In this document: positions 10,570-20,097 of the stretch, in pieces
Position numbering within the stretch: the stretch's first letter is position 1
How the letters are laid out: each line of letters begins with the position of its first letter
Source of the DNA: Flavobacteriales bacterium
GTDB taxonomy: Bacteria; Bacteroidota; Bacteroidia; Palsa-965
Reading direction: 5' to 3'
NCBI GenBank assembly: GCA_040377305.1
Contig: JBEIPA010000002.1
Coordinates: 66,245-130,244 of the forward strand
Length of the DNA: 64,000 bases
Notes under the pieces: generated by a model
What the model saw: the letters and a program-made list of their open reading frames with translations, nothing else
Databases searched by the model: none
Told to the model about the DNA's origin: nothing
Program-made: the position numbers and the translations under genes

Positions 10570-10681
10570 AATACCGAAATCTTCAATTACTCAGACCCAT
10601 CCGAGAGAGCGACTAACAACCTTCGTACATAAAAATCCGCGTTCCTTTTAAACTTCCGTCACTACCTAACGTCATATAGTC

Positions 10682-11194
10682 ATGAAAAGACTCCTTCTCC
10701 TCACCCTCGTGCTCCTCACATTCGGAGCTTACACTGAACTAGACGCTCAACGCGGTCCCCGCAAAAACCATCCGGTTGCAGCACATCGGGCAGACAAGAT
10801 GCGTGCGAAACGCGTTTTGCGTCGTACGGCAATTGTAATTCGTCACGCGCAAACGTGTTTGCAGCAGAACAAGAACTACACCGGCGATCTCGCGCGATCT
10901 GTTGCGCATCAGCGTTTTGCACGTAAACTCTACTTCGATGGAAAATATTTACGCGCTATGCATCAGTCGCGTCGTGCACGACAATTGGCGTTGCTTTCTA
11001 TTCAAGCTAACAAAGGCTCGGAGCCCGCTGGTTCTGCCAACGAGAAAGAAGATGACGATATCATGAATGCTGAGAAAGTTTCTGATACCGAGCTCGATGC
11101 AGAACTGGAAAAGAACTCGCCGGGCTATTCTCAGAAGGATGAAGATTTTGTGAATGCGGCTCTTGAAGAGATTGACCTTGCAGACATGGAGTGA
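10682..11194 (+). CDS. Hypothetical secreted protein (basic N-half, acidic C-half)
   Basis: Signal peptide MKRLLLLTLVLLTFGAYTELDAQ. No recognisable domain. Confidence 0.4.
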   Translation: MKRLLLLTLVLLTFGAYTELDAQRGPRKNHPVAAHRADKMRAKRVLRRTAIVIRHAQTCLQQNKNYTGDLARSVAHQRFARKLYFDGKYLRAMHQSRRARQLALLSIQANKGSEPAGSANEKEDDDIMNAEKVSDTELDAELEKNSPGYSQKDEDFVNAALEEIDLADME

Positions 11195-11197
11195 AAG

Positions 11198-11270
11198 CCG
11201 CAGTAGCAGTCGCAGTAGCAGTCGGTTAACAGTTTACTGCACACTGACTGCAACTGCCACTGCGACTGAT
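11198..11270. repeat. CAGT-unit palindromic repeat (locus B) upstream of lnt
   Basis: GCAGTAGCAGTCGCAGTAGCAGTCGG, spacer, CTGACTGCAACTGCCACTGCGACTG. 6-bp GCAGTM units in inverted arms. Confidence 0.45.
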
Positions 11271-11286
11271 TACTATCTTTGCCCTC

Positions 11287-12915
11287 ATGCGAGGCAGACT
11301 CTTCCTGTACACATTCATATCCGGCCTACTCTTCTTCCTCGCCTGGCCGGTAAAAGGATTTCCGTTTCTGCTTTTTGTTGCTTTCGTGCCCCTGCTGATG
11401 ATTCAACATTACATCAGCACCGACAATCGTTTACGCGCGCGACATCTTTTCTTCTATTCTTACCTCGTATTCCTCATGTGGAATGTTGGCGCAACCTGGT
11501 GGGTAGCCTGTATTCACACCGGACAGGAAGCCGCTTACGGAGCTTTCGCAGCGAATTCCTTGTTGATGGCATTCACATTTCTGGTTTATCACAAAGTAAA
11601 ACGTGCACTGCCCGAACGTTATGGAACCTTCGCATTAATACCACTCTGGGTTTGCTTCGAATTTCTTCACCACGATTGGGATTTAACCTGGCCCTGGCTC
11701 ACACTCGGAAACGGTTTTGCTTCGTGGAATGAATGTGTTCAGTGGTATGAGTACACCGGAACGTTCGGAGGAAGCTTCTGGGTTCTCCTCATCAACGTTT
11801 TGATTTTCGATTTGTGGATTTACAGAAACACCTTGCTGCGTCCGTTTAAACGCAAGCTCATCTACATATCGTCGCTTGCATTCGTGATTATTTTTCCGCT
11901 GGTAAGCTCCCTAATCATTTACAATTCCGTTGATCCACAAAAAGGTGACCTGAGTATTGACGTAGTTGTAGTTCAGCCGTCAATTGATCCTTATGAGAAG
12001 TTTGGCGCCTTGTACCGCGAACAGCTCGAGAAAATGCTGGCACTCGCCGAAGAAAAAATCGATACGAGTGTTGATTATGTTCTGCTTCCTGAGACTGCGT
12101 TGACTGAAAGTTTCTGGGAGAACGACATGCAGTATTCTGTGAGCATTAGACGATTGTATGAGTATCGTTCCAACTATCCGAATCTTGCCATCGTTACTGG
12201 TGCGGCAACAGGACGCTTTTTCATCAATGGAGAAACACCAACCGCGGCGGCACGCAAATTCAAACAGCAGGAAGGTTGGCATGAAAGCTACAACACAGCT
12301 TTGCAGATCGATACAACACACAAATTTTCCATTTACCACAAATCGAAATTGGTGCCGGGAAGTGAGAAGCTCCCTTTTCCATGGCTGTTCGGCTACTTCG
12401 AAAACTTTGCAATGGATTTGGGTGGCACGGTTGGAACACTTGGAATACAGGACGAACGCAGTGTGTTCTATCATCCAGGTAACAAAACCGGAATTGCTCC
12501 AGTAATTTGTTACGAATCCATTTACGGAGAGTACGTGAGTGAGTACATTAACAATGGCGCTCGATTCATATTTATCATGACCAACGATGGGTGGTGGGAC
12601 GATACTCCAGGCTATCATCAACATCTCGCATACGCAACGCTTCGCGCTATTGAAACCAGAAAAAGCATTGCACGTTCTGCTAACACCGGAACATCTTGTT
12701 TCATCAACATGCGTGGAGAAGTTGAGCAACCACAAGCATGGTATGCTGAAACAGCGATTCGTCAGAAAATCTATTCTTCCAACGATCTGACCTTTTACAC
12801 GAAGCACGGCGATTACATTGCTAACTTCTGCAAATGGCTCACCTGGGGATTGATCGCATGGTTCTTTGTGCGACTTTTCATGCAATTCCGCAAAAAAGGC
12901 AATAAGTCCGCATAA
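11287..12915 (+). CDS. lnt: Apolipoprotein N-acyltransferase
   Basis: 542 aa. N-terminal multi-TM region plus a C-N hydrolase domain with catalytic Cys in PVICYESIYGEY. Length and topology are typical of Lnt. Confidence 0.8.
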   Translation: MRGRLFLYTFISGLLFFLAWPVKGFPFLLFVAFVPLLMIQHYISTDNRLRARHLFFYSYLVFLMWNVGATWWVACIHTGQEAAYGAFAANSLLMAFTFLVYHKVKRALPERYGTFALIPLWVCFEFLHHDWDLTWPWLTLGNGFASWNECVQWYEYTGTFGGSFWVLLINVLIFDLWIYRNTLLRPFKRKLIYISSLAFVIIFPLVSSLIIYNSVDPQKGDLSIDVVVVQPSIDPYEKFGALYREQLEKMLALAEEKIDTSVDYVLLPETALTESFWENDMQYSVSIRRLYEYRSNYPNLAIVTGAATGRFFINGETPTAAARKFKQQEGWHESYNTALQIDTTHKFSIYHKSKLVPGSEKLPFPWLFGYFENFAMDLGGTVGTLGIQDERSVFYHPGNKTGIAPVICYESIYGEYVSEYINNGARFIFIMTNDGWWDDTPGYHQHLAYATLRAIETRKSIARSANTGTSCFINMRGEVEQPQAWYAETAIRQKIYSSNDLTFYTKHGDYIANFCKWLTWGLIAWFFVRLFMQFRKKGNKSA

Positions 12916-13032
12916 TTTCCCGTTAAAATGTGTGGATTCAGCACGGATTTTGCATCCTACCACTGAACCTGAAGGAATGTTAACTGTACAGGTTCATACA
13001 GTGAAATCTGGTAACTTTAGAACTGAGTACTC

Positions 13033-14442
13033 ATGAGAAAGTCGTTACTGCTTCTTCTTGCTTTTTTTCCGCTAACGTTCTTCGCGCAAAATCTGATGCG
13101 TAATGGTGGATTCGAAAGCACCAACACGAATGTGATCAATACGTGGCTGAAAGAAAATCCGGTGGGAACGCAACTCGTGGAAGGTTGGAAAACTCCGACG
13201 CTTGCCACTCCTGATTTTTACAATTCAGATCAATCGACCTGCGACGGTTTTCCTGTTGCAGCTGCCCGTACAGGAACAGGTCGGGCGGCGATAATCTGCG
13301 GAATGCAGAATCAGCTGCCGGGCGTACGCAACTATAAAGAATATCTGCAAGGCGAATTGACTTCACCACTGGAGTCGGGCAAAGAATATCGGGTGAGCTT
13401 TTGGGTTGCGCTCGATTGTGCTTCACCTCAGGCTTCAACCGGAATTGGTGCATACCTCACAGACGAACGTGTTACGCAACAGTCGAAAGAGCGATTACCA
13501 TTCAAGCCGCAGGTGATTTCATACGAACACATCACTTACGAAGATGGTTGGACATTAATCTCCGGAACTTTCAAAGCGCATGGGGGCGAGAAGTACATTA
13601 CGCTTGGAAGTTATTCGGATACGGCAATAATCGATCTTGCTTCATTGGGATCAAGACCAATGACGTTCATTGCATCCCCGCACATTGGAATGCATGTGTA
13701 CTACTACATGGATGATGTGTGCGTTTCCCTTGCAGATCAGGAATCCTGTGATTGCAAAAAAGTTTCCGGTCAGCAAACCACAAGCGAATATTATTTCTTC
13801 GTGCTCGATGCTTCAAACTCCATGAACGAGTCGGGAAAACTTGACGAAATGAAAGAGCAGATTCTCAAGTTTGCTGATAGCATTGATGCGAGAAACAAAA
13901 TCGCTGTCATGATTTTCGCTGAAGCACCTTCTCTTATATTGCCGTTTACCGCTGCTAACGAGCACAAGATCATTCAGAAGAAAATCAGCAAGATGAAAGC
14001 GAAAGGTGGCACCAATGGCGACCTTGCAATTAAGCGTATGTACAAGTATATCGACAGCATCAATTTGCCTGAACAATGTCACGTGATTTTTGCGACCGAC
14101 GGAATCTTCCGCATCAGCAAGAATACGAAAGCGGAAGCCGATAGTGTGCTCATCCGAACGAAAACTTCTTTTTGTGTATTGCAGTTCGGGGATCAGAAAA
14201 ACGAAGACCTCGAAGAAATTGCCAACACCGTGGAAGAGGGACTTTTTGTAATGGCTAACGACAATAACTTGTCTGAGGTTTTAGCCCAGCAGCGTCCGGA
14301 GATTGAACAGTTCATAGAGAAACCTTCTACGGTTTACTACACAGAAATATCCAGCGATATTGATCCGATGCTGCTTCAGATCATGATTGCCTCAAATCCA
14401 GGTGATCAGTTCATGAAGATTCCGAGGATTGGAAGGGAGTAG
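13033..14442 (+). CDS. Secreted von Willebrand factor A (vWA) domain protein with uncharacterised N-terminal domain
   Basis: Has a signal peptide. MIDAS motif DASNSM in YYFFVLDASNSMNESGKLDEM with downstream vWA features. The N-terminal 230 aa have no identifiable domain. Confidence 0.6.
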   Translation: MRKSLLLLLAFFPLTFFAQNLMRNGGFESTNTNVINTWLKENPVGTQLVEGWKTPTLATPDFYNSDQSTCDGFPVAAARTGTGRAAIICGMQNQLPGVRNYKEYLQGELTSPLESGKEYRVSFWVALDCASPQASTGIGAYLTDERVTQQSKERLPFKPQVISYEHITYEDGWTLISGTFKAHGGEKYITLGSYSDTAIIDLASLGSRPMTFIASPHIGMHVYYYMDDVCVSLADQESCDCKKVSGQQTTSEYYFFVLDASNSMNESGKLDEMKEQILKFADSIDARNKIAVMIFAEAPSLILPFTAANEHKIIQKKISKMKAKGGTNGDLAIKRMYKYIDSINLPEQCHVIFATDGIFRISKNTKAEADSVLIRTKTSFCVLQFGDQKNEDLEEIANTVEEGLFVMANDNNLSEVLAQQRPEIEQFIEKPSTVYYTEISSDIDPMLLQIMIASNPGDQFMKIPRIGRE

Positions 14443-14443
14443 G

Positions 14444-14540
14444 CAAGTCAGCAGAATATCCGGGTGCAGCGCGCTAAGGATTTATCACTTCACTTCCCGG
14501 ATATTTGACTGCCGACTGACAGACTGCCCCACTGCCTACC
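14444..14540. repeat. CAGT/ACTGCC-unit repeat with ATATCCGGG/CCCGGATAT palindrome (locus C) upstream of hemH
   Basis: GTCAGCAGAATATCCGGG ... CCCGGATATTTGACTGCCGACTGACAGACTGCCCCACTGCCTACC. Confidence 0.4.
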
Positions 14541-14555
14541 TATCTTTGCGGCACA

Positions 14556-15572
14556 ATGAAAACCGGCGTCCTCCTCATCAATCTCGGCACACCCGATAGT
14601 CCTTCAACAGCAGATGTACGCAAGTACCTGCGCGAATTTTTGATGGACCCAAAAGTGATCGACATCAATCCGGTGTCGCGTTGGATGCTCATCAATCTCA
14701 TCATCGCTCCTACGCGTGCGCCTAAGTCAGCTGCATTGTACAAAACAATCTGGACCGATGAAGGTTCTCCGCTTTTGTTTCATGGAGAAAAACTCACGAA
14801 GAAAGTTCAGGCTCTTCTCGGCAATGACACTCCGGTTGTTCTGGGAATGCGATACCAGAGTCCGTCGTTGAAGAAAGCACTGATTGAATTGCGCGATCAG
14901 AAAGTTGACCGCATCATTGCACTTCCTCTTTACCCGCAATATTCTTCCGCAGCAACCGGCTCAACGATTGATGAACTGAACGATCTCAAAAAAGAAATCA
15001 AGGGTCTGCCCGAAATGAAAATTATTGAGCGGTTTCATCATCTTCCCGAATTTCTTGACGCGATGATTGATGTTGCGAAACAATATGATCACACACAATA
15101 CGATCACGTGATGTTTAGCTTTCACGGTGTTCCGGAACGACAGATCACAAAAACTTCAGTGGAACTCGGTGACGGCAAATGCAGTTTCGGTTCATGCTGT
15201 GAAGTGATTACTGATCGCAACAAATATTGCTATCGTGCAAATTGCATTCAAACGGCGCGTGAGCTTGCAAAGCGTTTAAACATTCCGAAAGAACGTTACA
15301 CCATTTGTTTTCAGTCGCGCCTGGGACGTACTCCATGGCTGCAACCGTTCTCAGATCATGTGGTAACTGACCTCGCCAAACAAGGGAAGAAAAAAATACT
15401 CGCCTTCTCTCCTGCATTCGTTGCCGATTGCCTCGAAACCATTCACGAAATTGCCGTTGAATACGATGAGCTATTCCGTGAGCATGGAGGAGAAAAAGTT
15501 CAGCTGGTTCCTTCCTTAAACAGCAATGATTCCTGGGCAGAAGCTCTGCGGAAAATTATCCTCGCGAATTAA
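14556..15572 (+). CDS. hemH: Ferrochelatase
   Basis: N-terminus GVLLINLGTPDSPSTADVRKYLREFLMDPKVI is canonical ferrochelatase. 338 aa. Contains a Cys-rich insert CSFGSCCEV...C.YRANC. Confidence 0.85.
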   Translation: MKTGVLLINLGTPDSPSTADVRKYLREFLMDPKVIDINPVSRWMLINLIIAPTRAPKSAALYKTIWTDEGSPLLFHGEKLTKKVQALLGNDTPVVLGMRYQSPSLKKALIELRDQKVDRIIALPLYPQYSSAATGSTIDELNDLKKEIKGLPEMKIIERFHHLPEFLDAMIDVAKQYDHTQYDHVMFSFHGVPERQITKTSVELGDGKCSFGSCCEVITDRNKYCYRANCIQTARELAKRLNIPKERYTICFQSRLGRTPWLQPFSDHVVTDLAKQGKKKILAFSPAFVADCLETIHEIAVEYDELFREHGGEKVQLVPSLNSNDSWAEALRKIILAN

Positions 15573-15613
15573 TTCTTAGCGCCGAATAAACCTCGGCTGG
15601 CGACTGTATTTTT

Positions 15614-16864
15614 TTGCAGTTTTACAGTGTGAAACGCACGTGGAAGCAATTGCCAGATCTGAATTCAAACGACAGTGAAAAACTGCATCGTTTGTTTCTT
15701 CGGTATGATGTGGCAGTTTCCTACAGCGGTGATGGATGGAAAGGCGGTCCACTCATGGGATTTGGTTCCATCTCCCCGGCACAATCGCTCACAAATATGG
15801 AAGCTTTTCAAAGCAACGATTTTGTCTTCGGACACGTTGCTTATGACGTAGCGAGCGATCAGTCAGACACCGGAGACGGATTTGCTGCTCTCCATTTTTT
15901 CATTCCGAAAATTGTCCTTCGCAAAGAAGTCGGTGAATGGATCGCCGGATATCACAATGAAACTGATCTTGCGGAATTCACACACAAGCTGAATCAGGAC
16001 GCGCAGGTTACGTTCACGATGAATTCAATCACGTTGAATGCTACAACCAGTCGCGAAGAATATCTGAAACAATGCCGTTCATTGCTCAGGCACATTCAGC
16101 GTGGCGACATTTACGAGATCAACTACTGCATTGATTTCACCGGGAACGAGGGTGCGTTTAATCCGGTAACTGTGTTTCAACAACTCAATACCCTTTCAGA
16201 AGCACCGATGTCGGTTCTATATCGCAACGGAAATTCATGGCTCATGTGTGCGAGTCCGGAAAGATTCATTGCGCGAACAGGAAATAAACTGATTTCTCAG
16301 CCCATCAAAGGAACAAATCGTCGCGGTACAAATGCCGATGAGGATAATTCCCTTCGCGATAAACTCTACAACGATCCAAAAGAACGTAGCGAGAATGTGA
16401 TGATTGTCGATCTGGTGCGAAATGATTTATCACGTTTGGCCACCCGAGGCAGTGTGAAAGTATCAGAACTTTTTGGCATCCACACATTTAAAACAGTTCA
16501 CCAGATGGTTTCTACTGTTGAATGTGAGCTGAAGCCGGAAAGTACTTTCAAATCAATCATCGATGCCACTTTTCCAATGGGTTCCATGACGGGAGCTCCG
16601 AAAATCAGTGCGATGAAACTTGCCGAAACGCATGAGGCACAACCACGAGGCATCTACTCAGGCACAGTTGGCTTCATTCTGCCCAACGGTGACTTTGATT
16701 TCAATGTAGTGATTCGCAGTATATCGTGGAACTCAGCTAGTGGAGAGGTTTCTGCAAAAGCCGGAGGAGCGATTACGGCGAATAGTGATCCGGAATTGGA
16801 ATATGAGGAGTGCTTGCTGAAGGCGAGGGCGATGATTGCGGCTTTGAACCCTGCAATGGTTTAA
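15614..16864 (+). CDS. pabB: Aminodeoxychorismate synthase component I (chorismate-binding enzyme, PabB/TrpE family)
   Basis: PIKGTNRRG ... MIVDLVRNDLSRL ... FPMGSMTGAPKISAMKL are PabB/TrpE-type motifs. The short 416-aa form lacks a TrpE N-domain. Confidence 0.6.
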   Translation: MQFYSVKRTWKQLPDLNSNDSEKLHRLFLRYDVAVSYSGDGWKGGPLMGFGSISPAQSLTNMEAFQSNDFVFGHVAYDVASDQSDTGDGFAALHFFIPKIVLRKEVGEWIAGYHNETDLAEFTHKLNQDAQVTFTMNSITLNATTSREEYLKQCRSLLRHIQRGDIYEINYCIDFTGNEGAFNPVTVFQQLNTLSEAPMSVLYRNGNSWLMCASPERFIARTGNKLISQPIKGTNRRGTNADEDNSLRDKLYNDPKERSENVMIVDLVRNDLSRLATRGSVKVSELFGIHTFKTVHQMVSTVECELKPESTFKSIIDATFPMGSMTGAPKISAMKLAETHEAQPRGIYSGTVGFILPNGDFDFNVVIRSISWNSASGEVSAKAGGAITANSDPELEYEECLLKARAMIAALNPAMV

Positions 16865-16984
16865 CCCTTGCAGGGTGTTCAATTATCCGTTTTCAAACGT
16901 TTGTTACCGACTAGTTCCAAAACCTTGGTGTAACTCGCGCGCGCGCATAACCCTCCAAGGGTTAAACCCTTGCAGCGTTATCGT
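16850..16984. repeat. REP-like hairpin repeats CCCTGCA..TTAAAC..TGCAGGG (locus 1), overlapping the pabB stop
   Basis: CCCTGCAATGGTTTAACCCTTGCAGGG at 16850-16878 and CCAAGGGTTAAACCCTTG at 16958-16984. Same family as 59892-60006. Confidence 0.45.
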
Positions 16985-16995
16985 AACTTCGCGCT

Positions 16996-18318
16996 GTGCT
17001 ATCCACGGATTACATCCTTCACATCCTCAAAACCGAGTGCGCCTACAAACACGGCGACTCAGTTCTCGTTGGTGTTTCCGGCGGAGCAGATTCGGTTGCA
17101 CTGCTGCATTTACTTCAAGCGGCAAATGTTCCTGTTGCTGCAGCACATGTGAATTACGGATTGCGCGGTGATGAATCAGATGGCGACGAAAAGTTTGTGA
17201 GTGAGTTGTGCGCGAAATTGAATGTGCCACTTTATACGCGGCAGACAAATCGTTCTGCGCTGGAAGCATTGCACAACAATTTGCAGAAAGCCGCACGCAC
17301 GTTTCGTTTTTCATTCTTCGATGAGATTGCCAGCAAAGAATCGATGAACTTCATTGCGCTCGCGCATCATGCCGATGATCAACTTGAAACTGTTCTTATA
17401 AATTTTCTGCGTGGTTCCGGACTAAGTGGCATGACAGGCATGAGCTTCATTGATCCATATGATGGCGTGTATATTCGTCCTATGCTCGATGTTAACCGGG
17501 AAGAAATTGAAAAATATCTCCGCAGGCATAATCTGGAATGGCGTGAAGATTCTTCCAATCAAACCGACGACTATCTGCGCAACCGAATCCGTCACAACGT
17601 TATTCCTGCAATCAATTCGGTGGATGAACGCGACGGAAAAGGATGGAAGCATACGATTCATCAGCTTTCGAATATCAACGCATTAGTCGGAACGATCATC
17701 ATGTCGTTGGTGAAGAATGTTCCGGGCGAAAACGGATTAACTTTTCAGATTTCCCGAAATGATTTACTGGAATATGCGAATCCTGAAATCGTTTTCAATT
17801 CCATTTTGCATTCCTTTGGATTCACCATCAGTTTTAACGAGACAGAATTTCCCTTGCTACTTAAGCAGCAGGTTGGGAAGAAATATTTCTCAGGAAACAT
17901 GCAACTTACCGTCGATCGCGAACGTTGGATCGTTTCGGAGAATGGAACTTCACAGCGACAGGGATTTGATCTTGCTGTCGGAGAAGAAATACATGGTTGG
18001 GAGTGTTCGGAAAAAATAATTGAAAATCCAGCCGCATTTTCTGGCTTCGAAGCGGTCCTCAATTCGAACTATAAAGACGAAGCGATTGCAGTCCGCACCT
18101 GGAAACATGGAGATCAGTTACAGCCATTCGGTTTTAGCGGCACCAAAAAAGTGAGTGATGTACTCACGGAAATAAAAGTGCCGTCGAATGAAAAGGAATA
18201 TTACCCGGTGCTCACGATCAATGACGAAGTTGCATGGATTCCCGGTTACCGAATCGCTGAAAAATATAAAGTCACTCCCGAAACAAAATCCGTACTTCAC
18301 ATCAAATGGAACAGATGA
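16996..18318 (+). CDS. tilS: tRNA(Ile)-lysidine synthetase
   Basis: PP-loop SGGADS in VLVGVSGGADSVALLHLL. 440 aa with a TilS C-terminal domain. GTG start. Confidence 0.8.
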   Translation: MLSTDYILHILKTECAYKHGDSVLVGVSGGADSVALLHLLQAANVPVAAAHVNYGLRGDESDGDEKFVSELCAKLNVPLYTRQTNRSALEALHNNLQKAARTFRFSFFDEIASKESMNFIALAHHADDQLETVLINFLRGSGLSGMTGMSFIDPYDGVYIRPMLDVNREEIEKYLRRHNLEWREDSSNQTDDYLRNRIRHNVIPAINSVDERDGKGWKHTIHQLSNINALVGTIIMSLVKNVPGENGLTFQISRNDLLEYANPEIVFNSILHSFGFTISFNETEFPLLLKQQVGKKYFSGNMQLTVDRERWIVSENGTSQRQGFDLAVGEEIHGWECSEKIIENPAAFSGFEAVLNSNYKDEAIAVRTWKHGDQLQPFGFSGTKKVSDVLTEIKVPSNEKEYYPVLTINDEVAWIPGYRIAEKYKVTPETKSVLHIKWNR

Positions 18319-18845
18319 AGTTCGAAGAGCAGCAGTACCACGGACTCAATCGTCACTCTCTTGTAAGACGATTGTTGCTTGCGGTGTTTTGTTTTGTGAC
18401 TTACTACTGGAGCGAAAACCCAAAGCCGGTGGTTGTTGGTGAGCTTCGCATCGGAGAATATCCCGGTGACGTGCAGTACGGAACGCTTTTCTTCGTGCTG
18501 GGAATAGCGATGATTGCTTTGTCGGTGCTTCTGCTTTTCGTCCCACACATGAAAGTGCTCGTGAGCGACACGGAAATTATTCTGCAGGGAAAATTTCCTC
18601 CGCGGATGGTGCGCATTCCCCTTTCGGCCATTCAAAGTGTACGGAAAGTCCAGATTCGTCCATCTATTTTCAATCGCCCCGTATTTAATTTGTTAACCAA
18701 AAATCGGGTGCGATTCTACACTTGGGGAAACGAAATGATTGAAATCACCTCAAAAGAAGGACAGGTCTACCGGATCGGGACTCAAAAGGCAAACGAGTTC
18801 TACACCCGGTTGAAAACAGCAGCGGATTCTTCTATTGACTCGTGA
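18306..18845 (+). CDS. Hypothetical membrane protein (possible bacterial PH-like domain)
   Basis: Two TM helices followed by a roughly 110-aa soluble domain. Overlaps the tilS stop by 13 nt. Confidence 0.35.
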   Translation: MEQMKFEEQQYHGLNRHSLVRRLLLAVFCFVTYYWSENPKPVVVGELRIGEYPGDVQYGTLFFVLGIAMIALSVLLLFVPHMKVLVSDTEIILQGKFPPRMVRIPLSAIQSVRKVQIRPSIFNRPVFNLLTKNRVRFYTWGNEMIEITSKEGQVYRIGTQKANEFYTRLKTAADSSIDS

Positions 18846-18887
18846 ACCTTTAAGAGGTAGCTTCGTTAAAGAACAGTTGCCTTAGGC

Positions 18888-19286
18888 ATGCGTGTTTTTA
18901 TTGGATGTGATACCGGCTTGACGAATGTGGTATCAATGAAGACCCTGCCGGAAGTCATATGTGCAGAAGTTCACCAAACACACACACTCAAACCCATGAG
19001 CACAGCTACAAACGCATTGGTTATTGACAAAGAAACTGTCCGTGACCTCAGTTTTCCAAAAGATGACGTACTTCTCACTCCCGAAGAAAAACGTCAAAGA
19101 AGACTTACACTAGACCGGGCACTCATCCTGGGAAATGTTGACCATTCGAAGGTCAGGATCTATTTCTCCGACAGCGATGGTTTCAAACAAGTAGAAACAA
19201 CCATCTGGGCTGTTACCGAAGAACGAATCATTCTGAAAAGCGGGATGGTCATTCCTATCAGACGAATACACGAAGTGGTAACCTAA
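18888..19286 (+). CDS. Hypothetical protein
   Basis: ORF only. The true start may be an internal Met. Confidence 0.3.
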   Translation: MRVFIGCDTGLTNVVSMKTLPEVICAEVHQTHTLKPMSTATNALVIDKETVRDLSFPKDDVLLTPEEKRQRRLTLDRALILGNVDHSKVRIYFSDSDGFKQVETTIWAVTEERIILKSGMVIPIRRIHEVVT

Positions 19287-19414
19287 ACCGCAGAATTCGT
19301 CGAAAACGCCGGTTTACTCACAAACATTTCTTTGTTAATAACTTTTTCTGCCTATATTTGATCTGAAGCAGGAGGCACTAATACCTGCAATCTTTTTAAC
19401 CTAAACCGCTGATA

Positions 19415-19900
19415 ATGAGAACTTCAGGTAAAGTTCCCGCAGTAATTGTTACACTCGTACTAATGGGATCGCTTTTCTTTTTGGGAAGCTTTACTCAAAC
19501 GAACGCAGTGCGCATGAAATGGACCAGCTACGTAATACACCAGCAGAATGGCGAAGCTGATGTACACTTTGTGGGTACAATTCCGAACGGATGGAAGATC
19601 TATTCCAAAACTATGGAAGGCATGACAGGTCCTTTGGCTACGACTTTCGAGTTCGATCCATCAGACTCATACGAGTTGGCGGGTGATATCGCTGAGTCGG
19701 GCAAGTCAACCAAGTTCTTTGATTCCCAGTATGGATTTGAAGTATCGTGCCTTGAGGGCCAGGTACATTATATCCAGCACATCAAGATTAAAGATGGTCA
19801 CGATGCGTTTGTAATTAAAGCGGTTGTGAACTATATGCTGAATCGGACAGGTGAATCACTTTCGCCGGACGACGAAGACTTCGAAATCACAATTCAGTAA
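19415..19900 (+). CDS. Standalone DsbD N-terminal (alpha) domain-like secreted protein
   Basis: Has a signal/TM segment. Aligns with the N-terminal 130 aa of the downstream DsbD: GTIPNGWKIYS...GPLATTFEFDPSDSYELAG versus TIEKDWHLYS...GPLPTVFMFDPSLDYKLVG. Confidence 0.5.
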   Translation: MRTSGKVPAVIVTLVLMGSLFFLGSFTQTNAVRMKWTSYVIHQQNGEADVHFVGTIPNGWKIYSKTMEGMTGPLATTFEFDPSDSYELAGDIAESGKSTKFFDSQYGFEVSCLEGQVHYIQHIKIKDGHDAFVIKAVVNYMLNRTGESLSPDDEDFEITIQ

Positions 19901-20039
19901 GTAAAACAAGTATCTGCCGGAAGGTGAATTTGTGTTCGTCGTAACATTTGCAACGTTCACCGCAACTCTTTCAGCACGATCAGGTTTAGGTTAGAATCCG
20001 TCAAAGATTCTTTCGTTAATGCTTACTAATAACCTATTA

Positions 20040-20089
20040 AACGTGTTGAGATAAGCCTATTTTTGGCACTCAACACGTTTCATTTTTTT
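20040..20089 (+). terminator. Rho-independent terminator-like hairpin 9 nt upstream of the dsbD start
   Basis: AACGTGTTGAG, 18-nt loop, CTCAACACGTT, then TCATTTTTTT. Confidence 0.5.
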
Positions 20090-20097
20090 GGAGAGGT

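Noticed and set aside
11154-11732. 192-aa ORF overlapping the lnt N-terminus in another frame
   Set aside because: Low-complexity translation of the CAGT repeat and lnt region. The lnt frame has the conserved topology.
11980-12963. 327-aa ORF on the minus strand
   Set aside because: Antisense to lnt, which has strong Lnt motifs. Shadow ORF.
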